IMG/VR virus record: IMGVR_UViG_3300042291_001013
Reading direction: 5' to 3' (one strand)
DNA: 64,000 nucleotides
DNA from: a virus
Taxonomy: Duplodnaviria; Caudoviricetes
This document shows positions 19,877-28,396 of the stretch, in pieces. The notes under the pieces were generated by a model, which was not told where the DNA came from, did no database searches, and saw nothing but the letters and a program-made list of their open reading frames with translations. The position numbers and the translations under genes were made by a program. Position 1 is the stretch's first letter. The number at the start of each line of letters is the position of its first letter.

Positions 19877-20016
19877 GTGCCATCCTTGTTGTCTATCCAT
19901 TGAACTGTGTCGCCGACTGCCCATCCCAGTTCAGCACACAACTCATTGCCTAGGTCCAGGAGTAGTTCTCCTGGGTGGTCTGGGTCATCAACTACTTGCA
20001 AGGTCCGTGTGTTCAT
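19837..20016 (-). CDS. AbrB/MazE-like small DNA-binding protein
   Basis: LLLDLG.ELCAELGWAVGDTVQW pattern. Confidence 0.6.
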   Translation of the reverse strand: MNTRTLQVVDDPDHPGELLLDLGNELCAELGWAVGDTVQWIDNKDGTWTVQKKLENMEP

Positions 20017-20152
20017 ATCGTTGTTGGTGGGTGCGGGTTGCACGAGCTAGTTTTTCCCGTAGCAGTTGCTCTCGTTGTTCGGGAGTTAGTGTTTGGGGCC
20101 ATTCCGTGCGATCCGGGACTTGATATTGTAGTTGACTATCTTTTACAATCAT
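19988..20152 (-). CDS. small hypothetical protein (54 aa, not in ORF track)
   Basis: Manual translation MIVKDSQLQY...DLASS; ATGA overlap with the upstream gene. Confidence 0.4.
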   Translation of the reverse strand: MIVKDSQLQYQVPDRTEWPQTLTPEQREQLLREKLARATRTHQQRYEHTDLASS

Positions 20153-20337
20153 TTTGCTACGGTCAACGCTTCTTTCTCAGCAGTGATTTCTTTGCGGCGT
20201 TCCTTGATGCCTTTGCTCATTTCTTGCAGGGCTTTACGTGCTCGAGCTGCCGCGGCCTTGACACCTTTGGCTGTGAACTTCTCGTTCTCGGCAATGTATG
20301 ATTCGTAGGCAGCTACGATTTGTTCGTGTTGGGTCAT
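20149..20337 (-). CDS. histone H1-like (Hc1-type) nucleoid protein
   Basis: EKFTAKGVKAAAARARKALQE..K..KERRKEI; consensus promoter at 20367-20395 and strong SD. Confidence 0.7.
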   Translation of the reverse strand: MTQHEQIVAAYESYIAENEKFTAKGVKAAAARARKALQEMSKGIKERRKEITAEKEALTVAK

Positions 20338-20410
20338 GTTGTTTCTCCTTGTAATGACTAATAGTAATTATACAGCCGCTAGGCGCGGTTGTCAATATCT
20401 AGATGCTCAA

Positions 20411-20659
20411 TTAATCTAAATAAATGTGGCGTCGGGTCCAGGTATCCCATACTGTCACGGCACTCATGCCATGTACCCATGTGACCCTAAACGTTTCAAA
20501 AGACTTTTGATCGTGAAGCATCATTCTGTTGCCGGTAACAGATGCATTGTCAACTCGATTTTCTTTGAGCCATGACCTAAGCAGTTGTTCTGCTTGGGTG
20601 GTGTTACGTAGGATTACAATGTACAGTGGCTCTACCGCACGGTAGGATGTTATGGTCAT
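20411..20659 (-). CDS. hypothetical protein
   Basis: ORF in a coupled gene run. Confidence 0.6.
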   Translation of the reverse strand: MTITSYRAVEPLYIVILRNTTQAEQLLRSWLKENRVDNASVTGNRMMLHDQKSFETFRVTWVHGMSAVTVWDTWTRRHIYLD

Positions 20660-20913
20660 TAATGGATTATGGTACCCTGTGGGATTTCTATTGGGCCCAA
20701 AGTATTTAATTCTTTGAATACTTCTGCAAACTTTTCATCTAGTTCTATTACATCTTGATCGTGTTCGGCGGCCACAGTATCTTGTACCCCCAGCAACCTC
20801 ATTATGGCACCCATGCGCACTGTTTTGAAGTTGTTGCGATACATGATAGCCATGATGTCCATCATTACCGATCTAATTTGTTCATGAAGTTGATCTGGAT
20901 CTTCGGTCTGCAT
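20659..20913 (-). CDS. hypothetical protein
   Basis: ORF in a coupled gene run. Confidence 0.6.
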   Translation of the reverse strand: MQTEDPDQLHEQIRSVMMDIMAIMYRNNFKTVRMGAIMRLLGVQDTVAAEHDQDVIELDEKFAEVFKELNTLGPIEIPQGTIIH

Positions 20914-20945
20914 ATAGTAATTATCATCTCAATACAAAGATGTGA

Positions 20946-20967
20946 AAAAGCGGCCCGGGGGCCGCTT
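20946..20967. terminator. intrinsic terminator hairpin
   Basis: AAGCGGCCC-ggg-GGCCGCTT inverted repeat. Confidence 0.65.
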
Positions 20968-20985
20968 GTTTGGAGCATTGGGCCA

Positions 20986-21342
20986 TTAGGCTTTGACTGC
21001 TTCCAAAATAGCCTCGGCAGTCACTGCCTTTTTAGCAGACTTGGCTTTTACACCTGCGCTGGCTTGTACTTTGACTTCGCCTTTCTTGGCAACCTTGCTC
21101 TTCTCAGCCAGTTTATTGGCCACAGCATAGTTGGCATCACCATCAGTAATGCCTTGCTCTGTGAGATACTGGAGAGCTTGCAGTTTGGTCATTGGCTCAG
21201 GGAGCTCAACAAGAGTGATGTTGGTAGCACCTGCCTTGTTCAGGATCTTGATGCGAGCCACTAGATCGTTTGCAAAACGAGCCTTAGTTACACCATTGTG
21301 GGTTGCGGTACCTGCTACGGTAAAAGTTTTTTCTTTTGACAT
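20986..21342 (-). CDS. hypothetical Lys/Ala-rich protein
   Basis: Start MSKEKTF; promoter at 21410-21438. Confidence 0.65.
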   Translation of the reverse strand: MSKEKTFTVAGTATHNGVTKARFANDLVARIKILNKAGATNITLVELPEPMTKLQALQYLTEQGITDGDANYAVANKLAEKSKVAKKGEVKVQASAGVKAKSAKKAVTAEAILEAVKA

Positions 21343-21475
21343 AAGTTGCCTTTCAAAGTTGCCTATAAAGTTTAAAAAAATGCCTTGCATTACTGCTCAA
21401 CATATCAATAGTATAGCAAAAGAGCAGTTATTGGTCAAGTCTTTTTTGCTATAATTTTGATTCGGTTTGCCCAAA

Positions 21476-21604
21476 TTACTGAGCCAATTCTTTGCTTTGA
21501 TTTTGGATGGTTTGCACGCCTCGATCAAACATTCGAGCAATGCCCGAAAAGCCAACGGCACTGACCACCAAGCCTAAAACGAATCCAATTATGAGTTTGC
21601 TCAT
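21476..21604 (-). CDS. small membrane peptide (42 aa, not in ORF track)
   Basis: Manual translation MSKLIIGFVLGLVVSAVGFSGIARMFDRGVQTIQNQSKELAQ; TAATG coupling. Confidence 0.6.
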   Translation of the reverse strand: MSKLIIGFVLGLVVSAVGFSGIARMFDRGVQTIQNQSKELAQ

Positions 21605-21753
21605 TATTTCTTCTCCCGAATGTCAACGCTGGGTTTAGGTTCAACCCATTTGCCCACGTCTTGCAAATCTTGTCCGGCACCTTTGAGGGTACCTGCCACG
21701 GTGCCACAGGCACTCAAGGCCAGGGCAGTTAGAATAACCATTAGTGTTTTCAT
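21604..21753 (-). CDS. entericidin A/B-like lipoprotein (49 aa, not in ORF track)
   Basis: MKTLMVILTALALSAC-GTVAGTLKGAGQDLQDVGKWV...; lipobox LSAC; SD AAGGA. Confidence 0.7.
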   Translation of the reverse strand: MKTLMVILTALALSACGTVAGTLKGAGQDLQDVGKWVEPKPSVDIREKK

Positions 21754-21762
21754 GATGTTTCC

Positions 21763-22542
21763 TTAGATAATGCTCACACGATTGAGTTGAGTAGTACCGT
21801 CTCTGTGAGCTTTGACGGTACCCAGGATGGTGTGTTGTACACCAGTAGCCAGTTGTTGGCGGTATGCAAAAAACACCGCACAATTGTCTGTGGTAATAGC
21901 AGTTGCGTACCAAGTGTTCCATTGCTGGCTGTAGTTGGTCTTGATGATCTCCACGCTCAGTTGAACCTTGTTGCCAGGTTGCCCCACATAGTTGCCTGTG
22001 GCCTGACGCACTCGTTCTTGAGTGGCCTGGCGCTCTAGGGCACGAGCATAACTTGCAGGAAGACTTGCAATCACAGCCAGCTCGTATTTGTTTTTGACTG
22101 TATCAAATTCTTCTGCCACAGCCAGCACCTTGCTGGTTGCAGAGTCAAACTCTGTGAGCTTGTTTTTAAGAGCACGGAAGGTAATGTCGTTTTGCAGGAA
22201 CTTGCGGCACTCCTGCCCTTGTGCAATATCTTCTACAGTGAGCACAGCAGGATTGGCCAAGATGTCCACCATGATATCACGGTTGCGTTGTTTCTCAACT
22301 ACACTTGTATTCTTGTCTTCGTCAAAACGGTATTGAGGTTCTTTTACATAAGCACCGTTGATGCGTTGTGCCGCCACTGCCGCACCCCAGACATTGTCTA
22401 AAGAGTGCTTGGTACCCTCAGGCTTGGCTCGAGGTTGCCACGTTTGGCGTGGCTGATAGGGTTCAGCATCGTAGTCGTCAGCATGACCCATGCGTCGAAC
22501 TTGTTCGCTGGTCATATTTGATACGTCAACAAATCCTGGCAT
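21763..22542 (-). CDS. hypothetical protein with C-terminal OB-like domain
   Basis: Start MPGFVDV; ends VKAHRDGTTQLNRV. Confidence 0.65.
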   Translation of the reverse strand: MPGFVDVSNMTSEQVRRMGHADDYDAEPYQPRQTWQPRAKPEGTKHSLDNVWGAAVAAQRINGAYVKEPQYRFDEDKNTSVVEKQRNRDIMVDILANPAVLTVEDIAQGQECRKFLQNDITFRALKNKLTEFDSATSKVLAVAEEFDTVKNKYELAVIASLPASYARALERQATQERVRQATGNYVGQPGNKVQLSVEIIKTNYSQQWNTWYATAITTDNCAVFFAYRQQLATGVQHTILGTVKAHRDGTTQLNRVSII

Positions 22543-22552
22543 GTTGGTCACC

Positions 22553-22792
22553 TTAGCAATAAAAAGTTGTTTGAAAGCCCAGGGCGGAATAAACACATTC
22601 TCGCACAGCAGTGTCAGTGGCCTCGCCAAAGTCTTTTTGTTTGCTCAATTCACACAGAGCGCGATAGGTCTCGGGCCACGTCAGTTTGCTTTCACGAGCT
22701 GACACAACCAAGGCGTGGACTGCGGCGTTGCCAAGTTCTGTAAACATGTCGTAGTCTTTGACAGCCTCTGTCAAGTTGTATTCGATTTCCAT
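22553..22792 (-). CDS. hypothetical early protein
   Basis: SD-led MEIEY, plus an in-frame ATG at 22816 that lies 6 nt after the -10 box. Confidence 0.65.
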   Translation of the reverse strand: MEIEYNLTEAVKDYDMFTELGNAAVHALVVSARESKLTWPETYRALCELSKQKDFGEATDTAVRECVYSALGFQTTFYC

Positions 22793-22822
22793 TTCAGTTC
22801 CTTTTTGCGTTGTCATGTCCAT

Positions 22823-22851
22823 ATTATAGCATTTGAGCAATTATTGGTCAA
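22823..22851 (-). promoter_or_regulatory. repeated early promoter TTGACC-N17-TATAAT
   Basis: Member of a repeated promoter family. Confidence 0.8.
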
Positions 22852-23186
22852 CCGCGGGCAATACGATAAGTGATGCCTTGATCAGTAACCACTTTGGTGA
22901 TGTCGCCTTGCACAATGTAGTCTTTTTCCAACAGGGCCAGAGTCTTGCGATCACGCACATGAGCTTGATCCAATTTGATAGTCACAAACTTCTTGCGATA
23001 TGTAATAAAGGCACTCTTGGCAGAGTACACCATTTCTAGTCCCAGCTTCATGCGTTCTGCACGAACCTTTTGGGCGTCAGTGTACAGGGTGCTGGCGGCA
23101 TAACTTTTCATTGCCGCGTCACGTGCGGCAAACCATTTGTATGCGCCGATTTCTGCTTCTTGTGTACCTAAAAATTGTGCGTTCAT
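22848..23186 (-). CDS. hypothetical early protein
   Basis: Own promoter and SD; stop codon lies inside the next -35 box. Confidence 0.7.
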   Translation of the reverse strand: MNAQFLGTQEAEIGAYKWFAARDAAMKSYAASTLYTDAQKVRAERMKLGLEMVYSAKSAFITYRKKFVTIKLDQAHVRDRKTLALLEKDYIVQGDITKVVTDQGITYRIARG

Positions 23187-23215
23187 TCTGGCTCCTGTTT
23201 GCTGTTTATGTGTAT

Positions 23216-23244
23216 ATTATAGCATTTTGGGATATTTTGGTCAA
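23216..23244 (-). promoter_or_regulatory. repeated early promoter TTGACC-N17-TATAAT
   Basis: Read directly. Confidence 0.8.
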
Positions 23245-23246
23245 CC

Positions 23247-23276
23247 AAAAAAGTGTTGCAAAAATGCAACACTTTT
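23247..23276. terminator. intrinsic terminator hairpin
   Basis: AAAAGTGTTGCA-aaaa-TGCAACACTTTT. Confidence 0.7.
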
Positions 23277-23278
23277 AC

Positions 23279-23752
23279 TTACACAGTAACCACTTTCCAA
23301 GCCAGTTCTTCTGCCAAGGGCTTGAGTTGATTGCTCAGAGCAGTTTCGCCATAGGTGTCGCCCACGTACCACACACCATCTCGCATGATGTAGTAGTACT
23401 CGGCACCACAGTTGTCGCATTGTTCCATGAACTCTGCAAAGGTGTGAGCCACTTTGAACTCTGAGCCTGACTCGCCACGATCGCGGCCATAAAAGGTACA
23501 CCAGTTTTCAGTCAACAGTTTATAGCCTGCGACCTCTTCAGCCCGCAGTTCAAAATGACTAAACGCATGTTTCTCGCCCAGTTCAGGACGCAGGCTTGAC
23601 AGGTCGCCTAGAGCCACAAGGTTATTGGCCTTGGCACTGTTATAGTGCTCTTGCAGGATCTGGCCATTGTGCTCCAGGTAGCCGTCCCAGTGGCAGTAAA
23701 CTGATTTGACTTTGTCACCGTGCATGACGCCAATTCTTGAACGTGTTCCCAT
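23279..23752 (-). CDS. conserved phage hypothetical protein
   Basis: MGTRSRIG..VYCHWDGY pattern; SD AAGGAG. Confidence 0.7.
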   Translation of the reverse strand: MGTRSRIGVMHGDKVKSVYCHWDGYLEHNGQILQEHYNSAKANNLVALGDLSSLRPELGEKHAFSHFELRAEEVAGYKLLTENWCTFYGRDRGESGSEFKVAHTFAEFMEQCDNCGAEYYYIMRDGVWYVGDTYGETALSNQLKPLAEELAWKVVTV

Positions 23753-23762
23753 TTTGGACTCC

Positions 23763-24086
23763 TTAGATAGATTTAGAAATTTTGAAACCTTCGGCCTTCA
23801 AAAACGCAATAGCATCTTTGATCTTTGTCTGTTTGCGCTCCACTGCCGCAATCGCTCTTACAGCGGCTTCTCTAGTCTTGCCACCAACCTTTGTACCGGT
23901 ATTGGTGTGGACTCCGCGGTAGCATGTGGTAGCATCAATAAAGGTTCGTTGTGTATAACCATACATGCAAAATTCTGCACTTTCTTGTCCCATTGGCAGT
24001 TGTGGTTTAGTGCTTTTACTTGGATATTTGGCATTCCAATATTCTTCAAATTTGCCTAACTTACGGACTGTATCTTTTGTAGTCAT
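23763..24086 (-). CDS. hypothetical early protein
   Basis: Start MTTKD; promoter at 24117-24145. Confidence 0.65.
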   Translation of the reverse strand: MTTKDTVRKLGKFEEYWNAKYPSKSTKPQLPMGQESAEFCMYGYTQRTFIDATTCYRGVHTNTGTKVGGKTREAAVRAIAAVERKQTKIKDAIAFLKAEGFKISKSI

Positions 24087-24116
24087 TCGGAACTCCTTTT
24101 GCGTTAATATGTGTAT

Positions 24117-24145
24117 ATTATAGCAGTTTGGGATTATTTGGTCAA
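24117..24145 (-). promoter_or_regulatory. repeated early promoter TTGACC-N17-TATAAT
   Basis: Read directly. Confidence 0.8.
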
Positions 24146-24327
24146 CCAAAATAGTTTTCCACAGCACCCTCAATGCCTTCTTCAAAGGTATCGCCGTAGA
24201 GCCCTTCGATGTCCTGTTCAAAGAACTTCACCAGTTCTTCTTTGGAAGGAGCCTTGCCATTGAGTTCTTTGGCGTACTCTTTGACTGATTTGATAACATG
24301 TTTTGGAACAGTAATCGTAATCTTCAT
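24142..24327 (-). CDS. hypothetical early protein
   Basis: Start MKITI; SD AAGGAG; stop lies inside the next -35 box. Confidence 0.65.
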   Translation of the reverse strand: MKITITVPKHVIKSVKEYAKELNGKAPSKEELVKFFEQDIEGLYGDTFEEGIEGAVENYFG

Positions 24328-24357
24328 TTGGAACTCCTTTTGCGTTAATATGTCCAT

Positions 24358-24386
24358 AGTATAGCAGATTGGGAATTATTGGTCAA
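24358..24386 (-). promoter_or_regulatory. repeated early promoter TTGACC-N17-TATACT
   Basis: Read directly. Confidence 0.78.
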
Positions 24387-24389
24387 CCC

Positions 24390-24420
24390 AAAAAAAAGCC
24401 CTACAATCTGTAGGGCTTTT
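24390..24420. terminator. intrinsic terminator hairpin
   Basis: AAAAGCCCTACA-atc-TGTAGGGCTTTT. Confidence 0.75.
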
Positions 24421-24434
24421 GTAGTACTTGAGTA

Positions 24435-24644
24435 TTACTTTTTAAACTCGCGTTGTACATAGTACTCGACCAGTTTACGCTGGATCATTGTGACCAAGTT
24501 GTTGTGATCTTCGGGCACCACAAACCTATAAGGGCATCGTCCCCAAGATCCGCGTTTGACAAATTCATGGTACCAATGTCTATGATCTTTGCTGTTTGGA
24601 TCAAAAACAGTCCAGGGCCGGCAGTTTAGTTCTAGCATGCTCAT
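24435..24644 (-). CDS. hypothetical protein
   Basis: 69 aa, WGRCPYRF pattern. Confidence 0.6.
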   Translation of the reverse strand: MSMLELNCRPWTVFDPNSKDHRHWYHEFVKRGSWGRCPYRFVVPEDHNNLVTMIQRKLVEYYVQREFKK

Positions 24645-24647
24645 GTT

Positions 24648-25199
24648 TTACACCTTAAAGTAAGAGTAATGACTGTCCAAATTCCAAGTTGCAGGGTCTA
24701 TTGCAGTACCATCATGTGTTTCTAGCTGAATACCAAGTGCTTGGTATCGTTGCCAAAACCAATAAATGTCTGGAGTCGTTGATCCTAGCTTGGTGCTATT
24801 TAACTTTTTGTGCTTGGCGGCACTCAAACGGCAAGTAGGAATATTGAGTGTTTCATCAACTGTGAGTCGATCACGCAACAACAAGTCACGAGCCACCTTG
24901 GCCGGGATCACATGCTCAAACTCTGTTTTGGTGCCATGCGACAAACCTTTTTCAAAATAGTGAGCACCAATGTTTTCCTTTATTGAATAGTTTTGGTAAC
25001 GACGTACCGCTTGATCAATCTTGTCACGAGTCAACCGTGCAAATTGATCTTCAACAGCAAGTGCTTTGTATACTGCAACAGCATCGGTGATTTCAATAAC
25101 TGCCCATCGATATGTTGCGTCATAACTGGCGCCACTGCGTTTGACCGGTGTGAGAGTTGTTTGCGTAAACCCACTAACACGTTCTAATAGAGTTTTCAT
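24648..25199 (-). CDS. putative HNH-like nuclease-domain protein
   Basis: TEFEHVIP motif (EHxxP); starts 1 nt after the upstream stop. Confidence 0.5.
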   Translation of the reverse strand: MKTLLERVSGFTQTTLTPVKRSGASYDATYRWAVIEITDAVAVYKALAVEDQFARLTRDKIDQAVRRYQNYSIKENIGAHYFEKGLSHGTKTEFEHVIPAKVARDLLLRDRLTVDETLNIPTCRLSAAKHKKLNSTKLGSTTPDIYWFWQRYQALGIQLETHDGTAIDPATWNLDSHYSYFKV

Positions 25200-25200
25200 A

Positions 25201-26391
25201 TTAGAACAAGTCCTTTGCGTCCAACACAAACGCACTGAATGGTTGCTTGGGAAACTTGAACTTTACGCCCTTGGGCTTGGCCCAGGTCGCATTGAGTTGA
25301 TGCCAGAAAAATGCAAGACCTTGTGGTGTGTTCTTGGCATTGCGCGGAGCATCGGGCCACAAGTTCTTGGGCATACCTTTATGCATCTTGTTGTATGCAT
25401 TGATATTGGCTTCATGCACCTGAGTCCAGTAAGGGCCGCGGGCATCAAAGTTTGCGTCAAACAAGCCGATACAATGATTTGCCAAGTCCACAATGTCAGC
25501 GTCCGAGTACACAATGTCCTGTTGCTCACACAAGTTCAAAAACTCAATAATGATAGGACTTTCCTTGCTGTTGATAGCTCGTTGCTGAACGTCCACAATG
25601 TGTCCTGCGTATACTGCAAATTGCCGCACAACTTCAACGCTAGATTCCAGCACCTCTTGTAGGCGACTCAAGGCACCAATTTCATTGGTGTTGTTGAACT
25701 TGTCAGCAGTTACAAACACGCCAGCAGTGTCAAGATGTGTCCACTTGGTGTGCGCATCCACCCAGTCTTGTTCAGTCACCCCATCAACTTCAACACCGTA
25801 AACCATTTGTTCAAAGATGTCAATGAGATCTAGGGGCTTTTTACCTGCGTTCTTGCCGGTAGTGGTGTTCATGTTGATAAACAGGTTGCGCAGATCCGCA
25901 CGGCTTGTGACGTCATAAATGTTAGCCGGTACCATGACAGTGGTAAGATCCAAGTTGAGTGCATCACGTGCAATTAGGTACATGGCTAATGCAGTGTGCT
26001 GACTGTCCCATGCACCCCAGAGGTTACCATGGCCAAACACCTGCATGGGTTGTGCTTGGTAGTCACGGAAGTTGGTAATAATTTTGATAATCCACTGCAA
26101 GTCCGGTTCGCGTTGCATGGTGGTATCAACCATGATATCCATCATGGGGATGTCTGTCGCTTGCACTAGTCGAAACAGTTTTCGATTGTTGAAGTCCTTG
26201 ACATTTGGATAGCTCTTTTTAAAGGCTTGGATTGCCTTTTTAAGACTTGACGCCCAGTTTGCCTTTGCTTGTGCAGTAGGCAATGAGTTGATGGTGTCGT
26301 TTAAACGATCAACCAGGGTAATGAAATGTGAAGTGGAGTTGCGAAATTTCGCGTTACGCTGAGTCGCGTAGAGAGAGTTGGCTTTTGCCAT
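25201..26391 (-). CDS. ParB/Srx-like N-terminal domain protein
   Basis: MQREPD..WIIKII..F..P.QV..WDSQHT resembles the DGQH motif family; SD AAGGA. Confidence 0.6.
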   Translation of the reverse strand: MAKANSLYATQRNAKFRNSTSHFITLVDRLNDTINSLPTAQAKANWASSLKKAIQAFKKSYPNVKDFNNRKLFRLVQATDIPMMDIMVDTTMQREPDLQWIIKIITNFRDYQAQPMQVFGHGNLWGAWDSQHTALAMYLIARDALNLDLTTVMVPANIYDVTSRADLRNLFINMNTTTGKNAGKKPLDLIDIFEQMVYGVEVDGVTEQDWVDAHTKWTHLDTAGVFVTADKFNNTNEIGALSRLQEVLESSVEVVRQFAVYAGHIVDVQQRAINSKESPIIIEFLNLCEQQDIVYSDADIVDLANHCIGLFDANFDARGPYWTQVHEANINAYNKMHKGMPKNLWPDAPRNAKNTPQGLAFFWHQLNATWAKPKGVKFKFPKQPFSAFVLDAKDLF

Positions 26392-26537
26392 GATAGTTTC
26401 CTTAATTGGTAGCGAATATAGCAGTAGCGACCGAATTGTCACTAGCACCATTTTTATCACTAGCTAATAAAATAAGTTAATTTCTTAACTTACGTCAAGT
26501 ATACGACAGAAACACACACAAGGTCAAGTCTTTTAAA

Positions 26538-26567
26538 GAAAAATCCGCAAAACAATTTGCGGATTTA
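26538..26567. terminator. intrinsic terminator hairpin
   Basis: AAATCCGCAAA-ac-aaTTTGCGGATTT. Confidence 0.65.
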
Positions 26568-26576
26568 GTCGTTTTT

Positions 26577-27317
26577 TTACAACACTCTTACAGCTACTTT
26601 TTGGTGCCGGCTTACTCGCCCAATGTATTCATAGTTGACGCCGTACATTTTGCAATGCTCTTGCCAGGCCTTAAATTCATCCAGTTGCCAACCTGGGTAG
26701 TTCATGTACTCATCAAACACAATCACAGTTCCAGGCACAATGTTGTTTTTCAAGTTGTTTAAAACTGTGACAGTGCTGGAATACAAATCACAATCCACAT
26801 GCAATAACGCAATGGGTCTGGTCAATTGTACTTTTTCCTTGAACCCAGGCAAGGTCTGATCAAACCAACCAACCCATAACTGACAGTTTTTTCTTACTCG
26901 GGGCAGGTTGCTACGTGCAAAAAAGCCTTTGCGCATGCGGCTGGTCCAGTCTTCGGGCAAGCCCTCAAATCCATCAAATCCATGCACAGGTTTGTTGGGC
27001 AACCAATGAGCAAATTGATTCAGTGTACGACCTGTAGCAACACCAAATTCTAACACTGTGCCTCTAGACAACAGGTCAGTATCAAGTTGCGTGGTTGTAA
27101 TCCATTTGTGAAGATCGTAGTCAGTGTCAAAGTTGGGCACAGCTCTCATGTGTTGTAAAACATACTGAGCTGATTCTTCTGACGCCAACCTTACAGCAGT
27201 GAACTCTGTGTCTATAACATCAGTGTATTGTCCCAGCAGTTGTTTCTGGGCACGACTGGGCTGTGGGTAACGCCACCATTCTTCTAGTCTGTCTCGGATC
27301 CTGTATAAGTCTATCAT
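26577..27317 (-). CDS. class I SAM-dependent methyltransferase (TylF / Methyltransf_24-like)
   Basis: VLEFGVATG, HGFDGFEGLPEDW, LLHVDCDLYSS, IVFDEY. Confidence 0.85.
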   Translation of the reverse strand: MIDLYRIRDRLEEWWRYPQPSRAQKQLLGQYTDVIDTEFTAVRLASEESAQYVLQHMRAVPNFDTDYDLHKWITTTQLDTDLLSRGTVLEFGVATGRTLNQFAHWLPNKPVHGFDGFEGLPEDWTSRMRKGFFARSNLPRVRKNCQLWVGWFDQTLPGFKEKVQLTRPIALLHVDCDLYSSTVTVLNNLKNNIVPGTVIVFDEYMNYPGWQLDEFKAWQEHCKMYGVNYEYIGRVSRHQKVAVRVL

Positions 27318-27646
27318 GTGATTAATATTTCCTCGTTGTTTGCACGATCACTGTATATGCGTTGACCAAGTCGGCGTATGGTATCTGCAGACATTTGCGG
27401 ATTGGCTTCAAACATGTCTCGTATGTCATCAGCAGTGATACCGTCTGTGGCACAGACAACATAGATTTCATAGTGTCGTTGCATATTATAACGTGCGCGA
27501 AGCATGAGATGGTGAATATTTGGGATGGTATATTTTAGTTCTTCGCCTTTGAGCGCGGCCCAGGTGCGTTGCTGTGCATCCAAGGTAATGTCGCCAATGT
27601 ACTCTAGTCCAGTGTTATCCCAGACCACAACAAACTGATGGTCCAT
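27314..27646 (-). CDS. hypothetical protein
   Basis: ORF, ATGA coupling. Confidence 0.6.
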   Translation of the reverse strand: MDHQFVVVWDNTGLEYIGDITLDAQQRTWAALKGEELKYTIPNIHHLMLRARYNMQRHYEIYVVCATDGITADDIRDMFEANPQMSADTIRRLGQRIYSDRANNEEILIT

Positions 27647-27820
27647 TTAGAATCCTCGTGTGTCTAACACAATCATGGCACCGATTACCAGCCACAACAC
27701 TGCTAGTCCATACTGGCCCAGGGCCAGGTAGTTCAACGCCGCCAGCAGGTTCAGCCCACCAACAGTATATCCAATCGCTTTACGGTTGCGACCAATCCAG
27801 ATTAAAATTTTGTTTTTCAT
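27647..27820 (-). CDS. small two-TM membrane protein (57 aa, not in ORF track)
   Basis: Manual translation MKNKILIWIGRNRKAIGYTVGG...DTRGF; fills the gap exactly. Confidence 0.6.
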   Translation of the reverse strand: MKNKILIWIGRNRKAIGYTVGGLNLLAALNYLALGQYGLAVLWLVIGAMIVLDTRGF

Positions 27821-28053
27821 AGCATGAACTTTTTAAGATATTGCCTAGCGTCAGCATATTGCCCATGTACCTTGGTCAGCATTTCTTCCATGCTTTCCAA
27901 AATAATGAGACGTTGCAACACTTCGGCCTGTGCTTGGTCCTCAGCATCCAGTAGCTGGTACCACTCAAGATATTCTTCAGCAGTTTCAAAGCTCCACATG
28001 AGATCGCACATTTCTACTTGGTCCGGGGTAAGATTTTCCAGTTGAATCGACAT
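27817..28053 (-). CDS. hypothetical protein
   Basis: Start MSIQLE; consensus promoter at 28084-28112. Confidence 0.6.
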   Translation of the reverse strand: MSIQLENLTPDQVEMCDLMWSFETAEEYLEWYQLLDAEDQAQAEVLQRLIILESMEEMLTKVHGQYADARQYLKKFML

Positions 28054-28114
28054 TGTGACACCTATCAAAGTTTTTACACTGTGATTATACAACATTGTGA
28101 ATTAATTGTCAAGC

Positions 28115-28357
28115 CTACTGCCAGTACAGTGTAAAAGCAAAGAAGTCGCGTTCAGAATCAAAATAAAAAATGTAACGTCCAGGCCCTTGATCGTTGCTCA
28201 TTTCCACCAGTTGCCAACGCCAATCATCTCGAAGCTCACTCTTGCACCAATCCAAAATCCCATCAAGTTGTCCAAAAGGTTTGAGGATTTCGCGAGCGTA
28301 CCGAAAACTTTCTTTGTCTCTGATTTGATAGTCTGGAGATTGTTTTAGCTTGATCAC
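28115..28357 (-). CDS. small protein, F-x3-D/A-x2-F-x-L-x-W family
   Basis: YIFYFDSERDFFAFTLYW. Confidence 0.6.
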   Translation of the reverse strand: MIKLKQSPDYQIRDKESFRYAREILKPFGQLDGILDWCKSELRDDWRWQLVEMSNDQGPGRYIFYFDSERDFFAFTLYWQ

Positions 28358-28396
28358 ACCAATAATTATCGTGTTATGTTTACGTGTTGCAAATTT

